Shown here in pieces: positions 38,221 to 46,378 of a DNA stretch of 64,000 nt. The notes beneath the pieces are model-generated. The model was given only the letters and a program-made list of their open reading frames with translations, was not told the DNA's origin and ran no database searches. The translations under genes and the position numbers were made by a program. How positions within the stretch are numbered: position 1 is the first letter of the stretch; each line of letters opens with the position of its first letter. Source of the DNA: Candidatus Binatia bacterium (GTDB lineage: Bacteria; Desulfobacterota; Binatia; UBA9968; JAJDTQ01); the NCBI GenBank assembly GCA_963666515.2, contig OY762897.2, forward strand, positions 512,001-576,000, given 5' to 3'.

Positions 38221-38810
38221 CCACCAGATACGATCCCGATCTCATTCGCGGGTCCCTTCGCACGGTACGGCTTGGTCGGGTCTATCGCCTGATCCATCGC
38301 AGCCACCTCTCCCGTCCGCTCAACGCTGTCCCCACGCCGAGCCGGTTCAGCGATCCGGCAGGACAATATGCTGTTCTCTATGTGACCGAATCTGTTCGTT
38401 GTGGATTTTGGGAGGCCCTCGCGCGTAACCGTTTCACACGGCGCAGGCGTCGCCAGATGCCACGCTCGGATGTTGAATCCAGGCTGGTCGTAGAGATTCG
38501 CTCGACCGGGACTCTCGATTTTGTTGACTTACGAGGGGACGGGCCGATTCGCATTGGCGCTCCAACGGCGGTAGCTCACGATGCCAACCACACGGCGGGG
38601 CGTTCGCTGTCGGCTGCTACCTACGCGGAGGTTCCAGAGGCTGACGGTTTCCTGTACCAGTCGAGGTTCACGGGGCATGCCTGCGCAGTTGTATTCGACA
38701 GGGCGTTCGGCAAGCTGGAGGTGCTGAGGCTTTCTCCGCTCGTCGAACACGTAGACTTGCTGCAGGCGCTGAGCGACTACGACATAACGCTGACGACTCC
38801 TCCAGACTAG
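38217..38810 (+). CDS. RES domain toxin (NAD+ phosphorylase family)
   Basis: VYRL, SRFSDP, VLY, FWE, DGFLYQSRF, VVFDRA. Confidence 0.85.
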   Translation: MTTRYDPDLIRGSLRTVRLGRVYRLIHRSHLSRPLNAVPTPSRFSDPAGQYAVLYVTESVRCGFWEALARNRFTRRRRRQMPRSDVESRLVVEIRSTGTLDFVDLRGDGPIRIGAPTAVAHDANHTAGRSLSAATYAEVPEADGFLYQSRFTGHACAVVFDRAFGKLEVLRLSPLVEHVDLLQALSDYDITLTTPPD

Positions 38811-38883
38811 TATCGTATCCCGTAAATTCCTGCAGTCTCGTTCAACGGCCAAGGCAGAGGACAGCCTCTTCGCAGCTTACAGC

Positions 38884-39927
38884 TCAGAACTCGATGCCGA
38901 TCTCCCTTGAACTGGCCAAGTCGAAGATGCGGCTGGCGATGGCGATGTCGGCGACGCCCTGTCCGGCGTTGTTCTTGAACAGGGTGATCTGCTCCGGGGA
39001 AGTCCGGCCGGGGATGTCACCGGTCAGCAGGTCGCACAGGTCGCCGACCTGGTCCCACTGGAGAATACCCTTCTCAACGGGCTCGTAGAAGTCGCCCTGC
39101 TGATCCTGGATGGCCTGCTCGCGGGAGTTGGCGACGATGACGTCGGCGCGCTGGACGGTGTCGTCGTCGATCTCGCGGCGCCTTTGCTTGATGAGGCCGG
39201 CGTTCATGAGGCCGACGTTGCCGCCGACGATGGAGGTGACGTGCACGCCGGGCTCCAGCCAGGAGCCGTCGAACACCGGCACGTTGGAGTTGGTGGCGGT
39301 GAGGACCACGTCGGCGCCCTCCACTGCCTCACGGGCGCTGTCTACCGGGACCAACTCGCATGGCACCAGCGGCTGCATCTCTTCGCAGAAGGCCGCTCGG
39401 CTCTCGGGGGTGCGGCAGAAGAGCTTCACCTGCTTGAACGGGCGGACGGCGGCGAAGGCCAGCAGGTGGTACTGGGCTTCGGCGCCGGCGCCGAGGAGCC
39501 CCAGGACGTCGGCGTCCTCACGCGCCAGGTGGCGCGTGCCCACCGCGCTGGTGGCGGAGGTGCGCAGTTGGGTGGCGCGGGTGGCGGGCACGCCCTTGAC
39601 GCCGAACCGGCCCACCAGCACTCCCTTGAGGGAAGAGTCCCGGGTGTCGAACAGCACCACGCACGGGCGTCCCGCGTGGTCGTAGGTCTGGTTCTCCGTG
39701 GACGTGGCCACGAACTCGGAGTGGGCCAGCACGCCGATGCCGCCCAGGCTGGGCACCCCGCCCGGATGCACGCTGACCCGGGCTCCCTCCCGGGTCATGA
39801 CCCGGCGGCGCGGGGCGTTGAGTTCCGCGTTGCCGCCGAGTTCCCGGAACCCCGTTTCCACCGCGTCGATGGCCTCCTCCATGGTGATGATGTCGGCTGC
39901 GTCTTCCGCTCGAATCAGTAGCGCCAC
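38884..39927 (-). CDS. Ornithine cyclodeaminase/mu-crystallin family protein
   Basis: LRTSATSAV, GAGAEA, ADVVLTATNS, PG.HVT, GRTSPEQITLFK..GQGVADIA. Confidence 0.9.
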   Translation of the reverse strand: MALLIRAEDAADIITMEEAIDAVETGFRELGGNAELNAPRRRVMTREGARVSVHPGGVPSLGGIGVLAHSEFVATSTENQTYDHAGRPCVVLFDTRDSSLKGVLVGRFGVKGVPATRATQLRTSATSAVGTRHLAREDADVLGLLGAGAEAQYHLLAFAAVRPFKQVKLFCRTPESRAAFCEEMQPLVPCELVPVDSAREAVEGADVVLTATNSNVPVFDGSWLEPGVHVTSIVGGNVGLMNAGLIKQRRREIDDDTVQRADVIVANSREQAIQDQQGDFYEPVEKGILQWDQVGDLCDLLTGDIPGRTSPEQITLFKNNAGQGVADIAIASRIFDLASSREIGIEF

Positions 39928-39971
39928 TGGTTGCCGTCCTTTCGCTGATTGTTCCGCCCGAGCGTGCGTGG

Positions 39972-41207
39972 TCACCCGGACGAGGCGCCGGCTGCCGCGG
40001 CCGGGACCGCTCTGGAGATTGCCCGTTCGTCGATGGGCCAATGGATGATCGCGGCCGCCACGCCCAGGCCGACGGCGGTCCACCAGATCAGGTCATAGGA
40101 GCCGGTGTAGTCGAACAGCACGCCGCCCAGCCAGATGCCGATGAAGCTGCCGATCTGGTGGTCCAGGAACACGATGCCGTAGAGCATGGCCATGTAGCGG
40201 GTGCCGAACACCTGCGCCACGATGCCGCTGGTGAGGGGGATGGTGCTCAGGAACAGCAGGCCGATGAGCGACGAGAACGCCACGACCGTGAAATGGGTCA
40301 TGGGAAACAGGAAGAAGCCCGCCATGACCACCGCCCGCCCGAAGTAGATCAGGCTCAGCAGGTTCTTCTTGCTGTAGCGGTTGCCGAGCACGCCCGCGCC
40401 CAGGCAGCCGATGACGTTGAACAGGCCTATCAACGAGATGGCGGTGGCGCCCACGGCGGGAGACAGTCCGTTGTCCAGCAGCAGCGGGGGCAGGTGCTGG
40501 GCGATGAACAGGGTCTGGAAGCCGCAGACGAAGAACCCGGCGGTGAGCAGAAGGTATCCCTTGTGGCGCCGGGCCTCCGCCAGGGCCTGCCAGGGCGTCT
40601 GGTCCGCCTGCGCCGCGCCCGCCGCCGGCCGCTTCTCGGCCAGTGCCGCGGAAAGCGGGACGATGAGCCCGGCGGTGGCCGCCAGCAGCACCAGGGCGTC
40701 CACCCAGCCGTAGGTCGAGATGAGGATCTGACCGAAGGGCACCACCAGGGTCTGTCCCAAGGAGCCGCCGGCGCTGCCGATGCCGAGGTAGAGACCGCGC
40801 CGGTGGGGCGGCGCGGCGCGGCCGATGACCGCAAGGACCATGGAGAAGCTCGTGCCGCTCATGGCCACGCCGGTGAGGAACGCCGTGCTGAAGGTCATGC
40901 TCCACGGGTCCGTGGACACCGACATGAGGTAGAGGCCGACGACGTAGGACACCGCGCTCAGGGCCACCACCCGGCCGGAGCCGTAGCGGTCGGCCAACCC
41001 CCCCAGGAGGGGCTGCGCCAGCCCCCAGATGAGACTCTGAAGCGCCACGGCGAACGAGAAGACGCCGCGGGGCCAGTCCAGGGTTTCGCTGATGGGAGTG
41101 AGGAACAGGCCGTAGGTCTGGCGGATGCCGAAGGCCAGCATCATCACCAGGGTGCCGCAGATGAGAACCACGACGGGGGTGCGCCAGGAGCGTTGCATGG
41201 GTCTCAT
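39972..41207 (-). CDS. MFS transporter
   Basis: GIRQ.YGLF, GGLADRYG, GFFVCGFQ, HQIGSFIG. Confidence 0.9.
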   Translation of the reverse strand: MRPMQRSWRTPVVVLICGTLVMMLAFGIRQTYGLFLTPISETLDWPRGVFSFAVALQSLIWGLAQPLLGGLADRYGSGRVVALSAVSYVVGLYLMSVSTDPWSMTFSTAFLTGVAMSGTSFSMVLAVIGRAAPPHRRGLYLGIGSAGGSLGQTLVVPFGQILISTYGWVDALVLLAATAGLIVPLSAALAEKRPAAGAAQADQTPWQALAEARRHKGYLLLTAGFFVCGFQTLFIAQHLPPLLLDNGLSPAVGATAISLIGLFNVIGCLGAGVLGNRYSKKNLLSLIYFGRAVVMAGFFLFPMTHFTVVAFSSLIGLLFLSTIPLTSGIVAQVFGTRYMAMLYGIVFLDHQIGSFIGIWLGGVLFDYTGSYDLIWWTAVGLGVAAAIIHWPIDERAISRAVPAAAAGASSG

Positions 41208-41273
41208 GAGTCATAGAGGCAGGAGGGAAGGGAGTCAAGGCGCGGGCGGGCCGGGGATGACAAGGGTCCCCGC

Positions 41274-42236
41274 ATGGTGCATATAGTGCTCGAAACGCTA
41301 CGGGCGGAAACGGCGGAACCAACCGCCGGAGGGTATGCGATGGTTTTCAGACTCGGCACCGCTGACACGGGCGGCACTTTCGACACCCAGGGGGCGGCGA
41401 TAGCAGAGGTCTTCAATGCGTCCCGCCCGCCGGAGGAACGTTGCGAGCTTACCCGAAGCTCTGCGAGCATCGACAACGCCAACCGGCTGGACCGGGGCGA
41501 GATCGAGTTCGGCTTCATGGCCTCCAACTGGGCGCCCCGGGCCGGGCGGGGGACGGAGCCGTTCGATCACCCCATCGGCCTGCGCATGGTGTCGCCGGCC
41601 AACGCCGGCCCCATCTTCTTCGTCACGCTGGCCGACACGCCGGTGGAGAACGTCGCCGATCTCGCCGGCAAGCGGGTGGCGGTGGGCGCCAGGGACAGCG
41701 GCATGACCCAGCACGTCCACACCCTTTGCGACGCTCTGGGCATTCCTTTCTCGGAGTTCACTCCGGTCTACATGGGGTTTCCCGAGGGAGCGGACGCCCT
41801 GGTGGCGGGGGAGGTGGACGTCCAGTTCCAGTGCCCGATTCCCAATGCCGTAATGACCGACCTGAGCCAACGGGCGCGGGTCACGGTGGTCCCGTACCGC
41901 GAGGAGCAGATCGAGCACGTGTTGTCGCAGGTTTCCTTCTACAGGCGGGTGATCATGCGCCGGGGCGTCTTCCGGGGCGTGGACGAAGACACTCCCCAGC
42001 TCGCGGTGCTCAACGTTCTGGTGACGCACGAGCGAGTGGACGAGGATCTCGTCTACGCGTTCGTCTCCACGCTGGTGCAGAACACCGGACGGCTGGCGCG
42101 GATCAATCCGTTGTTCGAGGGTTTGGATGAACTCTACGAACCGCTACGCACACAAGGGTCCCGGGCGCTGGAGTTGGAGGACGTGCCGCTGCACCCGGGC
42201 GCTCTCAGGGCCTACCGGGATGCGGGCTATCTTTGA
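41274..42236 (+). CDS. TAXI family TRAP solute-binding protein
   Basis: GTADTGGTF, ASIDN, DLAGKRVAVG..DSG, PLHPGA.RAY; start uncertain. Confidence 0.85.
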   Translation: MVHIVLETLRAETAEPTAGGYAMVFRLGTADTGGTFDTQGAAIAEVFNASRPPEERCELTRSSASIDNANRLDRGEIEFGFMASNWAPRAGRGTEPFDHPIGLRMVSPANAGPIFFVTLADTPVENVADLAGKRVAVGARDSGMTQHVHTLCDALGIPFSEFTPVYMGFPEGADALVAGEVDVQFQCPIPNAVMTDLSQRARVTVVPYREEQIEHVLSQVSFYRRVIMRRGVFRGVDEDTPQLAVLNVLVTHERVDEDLVYAFVSTLVQNTGRLARINPLFEGLDELYEPLRTQGSRALELEDVPLHPGALRAYRDAGYL

Positions 42237-42316
42237 TTGACGGGACGCGGCTGTTGGAGGCATCGTGGCTCGATTAGAGAAGCTCTCCGGCAGCCTTTGG
42301 GGAGGAGGACACGAAG

Positions 42317-44923
42317 ATGCGAACGGGAACATTGCTCAACCGGACATCGCTGATGTTTGTCGGCGGCCTGCTCGTGCTGGCCGGCGTCTTTTCCGATGGG
42401 CACCGCGCATCGGCGCAGACGCAGGAAGCGTGTCCGCTTCCTGCCGGCGGGACTCCTGTCACGCCCCCGCGGGTGACGGCGCAGCAGGTGGAAAACGGCA
42501 CCGGCAGCCTGAAGGACTATGCGCTGGACGCGAGGGAGCGGTCCAGAGAACATGCCCGGCAGGCCACGACCGTGGAACAAGGGCTGTATATCGCATGCCT
42601 CATAAGACAGGAGGGTGGGCCTTGGCGTTCCGGTTCCACCTACCTCGTGAGCCTGACGCCCGACGGCAGAGTGTTCCTTCACGCGAAGGACATGGCATTG
42701 TCCGGCAGGCTGCTCAACCCCTTGATTTATGCAGAGATACTTACTGCGCTGGGCGTCTCCCCAACCGACCTTGCCAACCTCGCGTCTGCCGATCCCGATA
42801 CGCGCCGCAGCGCCTTCGCTGCGGTCATGGCCACGTTGTCGCAGGAACCGGATGCTCCGTTCGATGCCACCGCCCCCATACCAGGCCTGCGGCCGGGCAT
42901 ACCCGGCGCTTCCGGCTACGCCGGCGTCTATGTCTCACCCGAACTACGGGCGCCGATCCTGCTGCTCGCCGGATTCGATCTCAACGCATCTCACCTGGCT
43001 CAGGAAGAGATCGATTACGGCGACCCTGCCATTACTGCCAGGGACGTCGTGGACCGGGAAACACTGAAGTCCTTCGTCACGCAAGCAGGGAATTACTTTC
43101 TTGATATCCAGAAGACCGGCGACGTAGGCACTGCCGCCAAGGCCAGGATCGCCTTGCGTGATCCGAACGGGCCCTGGAGACATGGATCCGTGTATCTCTA
43201 CGTCCTGGACCTCAACAGCAACATCATCACGTTTCACGCGGCGTTCCCGGACAGATTCGAGTATCGGCCTCTGACGCCTACCGTCCGCGACGCCGTGACC
43301 GGAGAGTTGATTCTGCCGCAAGTCATCGAGGCGGCGAAAAGCAGCCCGGAAGGCGGCTTCGTCCAGTACTACTTCGACGATCCCGGGGACGATACCGACA
43401 GTGCCGACATCCCCAAGCTGGGCTACGCCCGCGAGTTCGCCGGAAAAATCCAAAGGCCGGACGGAAGCACGATCCCGGTCGCCTTCATCGTCGGGTCGGG
43501 ATTCTACCTTAGCTCACCTTCGGTGGTCGCCGCGCGCCAGAACGCGGTCGTCAAGTCGGTGCTGCCCCAGGTCATGCGGGCCATGACCGCCGGCACGGTG
43601 GATGCGGTCTCGGGCCGCATCGAGCAGGCTACCTCCGGCACGCCGCCGGCCAAGGGGTTCAGCTTCGGCGGCGCCTCCACGTTCTCCGATGCCTTGCTGG
43701 CGCACGGGCGGGCGCTGGCGAACGGCTCGTTCGACGCCAGCCGGCTGCTCCAGGGCTCGTCCTTCACCCTGCCCCTCGACGCGGCGGCTAAGGGGCGGGG
43801 TGGCCGGCTCGGAAACCTGACGTTCTGGGGAAGCGGCGACTACCGCAATCTGGCAGGCGGCAACGCTCAGACCGTGGACTACGACGGCAACGTGGTGAGC
43901 GCCAACCTCGGAATCGATACCCGGGTGGGCGAGAACCTGCTGGCCGGGGTGTCGGCGGGGTGGGCGCGGGGGACGGTGGACTATACGGACCCCAACGCGG
44001 TGACGGGCGAGTTGGCGACCAACGTGACCAGCGTCAACCCTTACGTGGGCGTGCAGATGCAGGGTGGCATGAATCTCTGGGCCACGGGCGGCTATGGCTG
44101 GGGCGAGGTGGAGATCGACGATGCGTCGGCCGAAACGGAAGCGAGCGACCTGACGCAGAAGATGGTGGCGGCGGGCGTGAGAGGGCCGCTGATGTCCAGC
44201 GATGAGCTGTTGAAAGGCGGCACCACGAGCCTGAACCTCAAGGGCGAGACCGCTTTCACGTGGGCCGACGTCGATGGCTCGGGGACCCTGGAGAGCATGT
44301 CGCTGGCGGCCAGTCGGCACCGGCTGATGCTGGAAGGGAGCCATGTACGGAAACTCGCCTCGGGCGGGACGTTCACCCCGTCGATCGAGGTCGGCATGCG
44401 GTACGACGGCGGAGACGGCGAGACCGGCAGCAGTGTCGAGACCGGGGCCGGCCTGCGCTACATGGATTCGGCGAGCGGGCTGACCATGGAGGGCCGCGCC
44501 CGCACCGTGCTGGCCCATGGCGGCGACTACGAGGAATGGGGCGTAAGCGGGCTTTTGCGGCTCGATCCGGGTGCGGCGGGTCTGGGGTTTTCCCTCAGCG
44601 TGCAGCCGGCGTGGGGCCGGACGGCCAGCGGTGTGCAGCGGTTGTGGGAGACCGGGGCGCTGCCCGGCCCGGCGGCCAACGATCAGGCCGCGCGCGTCAA
44701 TGCGCGGGTCGGCTATGGCTTCGGCATCACGTGGGGCGGTCGGGGGGTGCTGACGCCCTATACCGACGTGTCGCTCTCCGGGAAGGGGTCCCGGCGGTTC
44801 AGCCTGGGCGGGCAATACAGGATGGGGTCGTCGGTCACGATGAGCCTGGAAGGCGTGCACAGCAATCCGGCGCACCGCGCCACCAGCCGGGGCGTCATGC
44901 TGCGCGCCGACCTCAACTGGTAG
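42317..44923 (+). CDS. Autotransporter with tandem Cache-like passenger domains
   Basis: Signal peptide; two GPWR.GS.YL..L repeats, EGGFVQYYF, IVGSGFY; C-terminal beta-barrel (WGSGDY, LGID, PYVG, PSIEVGMRYDGGD) ending in W. Confidence 0.8.
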   Translation: MRTGTLLNRTSLMFVGGLLVLAGVFSDGHRASAQTQEACPLPAGGTPVTPPRVTAQQVENGTGSLKDYALDARERSREHARQATTVEQGLYIACLIRQEGGPWRSGSTYLVSLTPDGRVFLHAKDMALSGRLLNPLIYAEILTALGVSPTDLANLASADPDTRRSAFAAVMATLSQEPDAPFDATAPIPGLRPGIPGASGYAGVYVSPELRAPILLLAGFDLNASHLAQEEIDYGDPAITARDVVDRETLKSFVTQAGNYFLDIQKTGDVGTAAKARIALRDPNGPWRHGSVYLYVLDLNSNIITFHAAFPDRFEYRPLTPTVRDAVTGELILPQVIEAAKSSPEGGFVQYYFDDPGDDTDSADIPKLGYAREFAGKIQRPDGSTIPVAFIVGSGFYLSSPSVVAARQNAVVKSVLPQVMRAMTAGTVDAVSGRIEQATSGTPPAKGFSFGGASTFSDALLAHGRALANGSFDASRLLQGSSFTLPLDAAAKGRGGRLGNLTFWGSGDYRNLAGGNAQTVDYDGNVVSANLGIDTRVGENLLAGVSAGWARGTVDYTDPNAVTGELATNVTSVNPYVGVQMQGGMNLWATGGYGWGEVEIDDASAETEASDLTQKMVAAGVRGPLMSSDELLKGGTTSLNLKGETAFTWADVDGSGTLESMSLAASRHRLMLEGSHVRKLASGGTFTPSIEVGMRYDGGDGETGSSVETGAGLRYMDSASGLTMEGRARTVLAHGGDYEEWGVSGLLRLDPGAAGLGFSLSVQPAWGRTASGVQRLWETGALPGPAANDQAARVNARVGYGFGITWGGRGVLTPYTDVSLSGKGSRRFSLGGQYRMGSSVTMSLEGVHSNPAHRATSRGVMLRADLNW

Positions 44924-44986
44924 TCGTACCCGTGCTCCCTCTGCCGGCAAGGGCCGGAACGAAGTCGGCGGAGGCACACGTGAGCC

Positions 44987-46300
44987 GTGGCAGGATCGAT
45001 GAAGAAACCCATTGACGCGGCAGAACTCCTCGTATCGAGAGCCGGCGAAGACGGCGACTTTCGCCAACGTCTTCTCGTGAAACCCAAAGAGACGATCGAA
45101 AAGGAATTCGGCGTGACGTTGGCCGAAGACCACGAGATTCACGTGCACGAGGAAACCTATGGCGCGACGCACGTGGTGCTTCCGCCGCGCAGCAAGTTCA
45201 GCAAGTCCGAACGGGAGGAGGCGAGAACCGGCGCCACCTCGCTAGAGTTTCTTCGCAAGACGCTCCACGACCCCGCGCCGCCCCTCCGTCCCCCCGCCAA
45301 CAAGCGGGCAAGAGCCCGAAAAAACGGTGCTAACTCCGAGGCGCTTGGGAGAGCGGCCAGAAAAAGCATCCGCCGCGGTCTCGTTTTCCTGGAATCCACC
45401 GTCGACGAGCAGTGGGCTTGGCACTGCATCCGGTTCAATGTAGCCAAACCGGACATTCCACGGCATTTCGAAAGACCTCCTTTCGTGTCGGCTCTCTGCG
45501 TGCTTGCGCTGCAAAGCAGCGATGAAGCGCGGGCCAAGGCCATGTGCGCCGCCACCAGGGCGTATCTCGTCAACACCATCGAGTATCCCGGATTGTGGCG
45601 TTACTATCGCCATCTGCCCCAGGATCTGGACAGCAGCTCACTCTGTTCGCTTGTCATTGGAACTCACCCGTGGATCCTGCTGGGAAGGAATGTTCCGCAG
45701 ATGTTGGCGAATCGCGACGAAGAAGGCCGTTTCATGACCTGGATGCTGGCGGAAGACCAACCCGATGTCGTGTCGCCCTTTCGAGTCGAAGCCGACCCGG
45801 TCGTCAATGCCAATGTCATCGCTTACCTGGGCGACCACGCCGAAACCAGGGATGCCCAACGATGGTTGGAAGCCCTGATCACCGAAGGCAGCCTCGAGGG
45901 CTCGTCGAAATGGTATCCCGACACGATCGCGATCTACTATGCGACCACACGCGCCATGATTTGCGCGCGGCCCGCTCTCGATTCACTACGCCCGATCCTT
46001 GCGGATCGTATCCTGGGCCTGCGCGACGGGAACGGAGCATTCGGCAACATCCTCCAGACCGCTCAGGCCGTGTCGGCGCTCTACAATATCGGAGGCCTTG
46101 AAAGCATCGACGCCAAACGCGAGGTGGAAAGGTTCATCGGTTCGCAACGTGAAGACGGTAGCTGGCCGGAGCTTCTCGCGTTCGGCGACCAAACGTTGAA
46201 GTGGGGCACGTTCGGGCAGATCGGGCATGGCTCCGAAGCCGTGACCTCCGCGTTTTGCATCGAAGCTCTGGAGCGTCTCGCCGAAGTCTTGAGGGCCTGA
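44987..46300 (+). CDS. NHLP-leader domain fused to a terpene cyclase/prenyltransferase-like alpha-barrel domain
   Basis: N-terminal RAGEDGDFRQRLL..PK.TIE.E.G.....EIHVHEE....HVVLPP aligns with the precursor leader; C-terminal DLDSS, RDEEGRF, RDGNGAF and QREDGSW (QW-like) motifs. Confidence 0.7.
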   Translation: MAGSMKKPIDAAELLVSRAGEDGDFRQRLLVKPKETIEKEFGVTLAEDHEIHVHEETYGATHVVLPPRSKFSKSEREEARTGATSLEFLRKTLHDPAPPLRPPANKRARARKNGANSEALGRAARKSIRRGLVFLESTVDEQWAWHCIRFNVAKPDIPRHFERPPFVSALCVLALQSSDEARAKAMCAATRAYLVNTIEYPGLWRYYRHLPQDLDSSSLCSLVIGTHPWILLGRNVPQMLANRDEEGRFMTWMLAEDQPDVVSPFRVEADPVVNANVIAYLGDHAETRDAQRWLEALITEGSLEGSSKWYPDTIAIYYATTRAMICARPALDSLRPILADRILGLRDGNGAFGNILQTAQAVSALYNIGGLESIDAKREVERFIGSQREDGSWPELLAFGDQTLKWGTFGQIGHGSEAVTSAFCIEALERLAEVLRA

Positions 46301-46378
46301 AGCCTTTGCGGGTTACTCTATGCGGTGGTAACATCGTACCTTGATGCCGGGGAGGAACAGTCCGTCAGGAAAGCTGCC

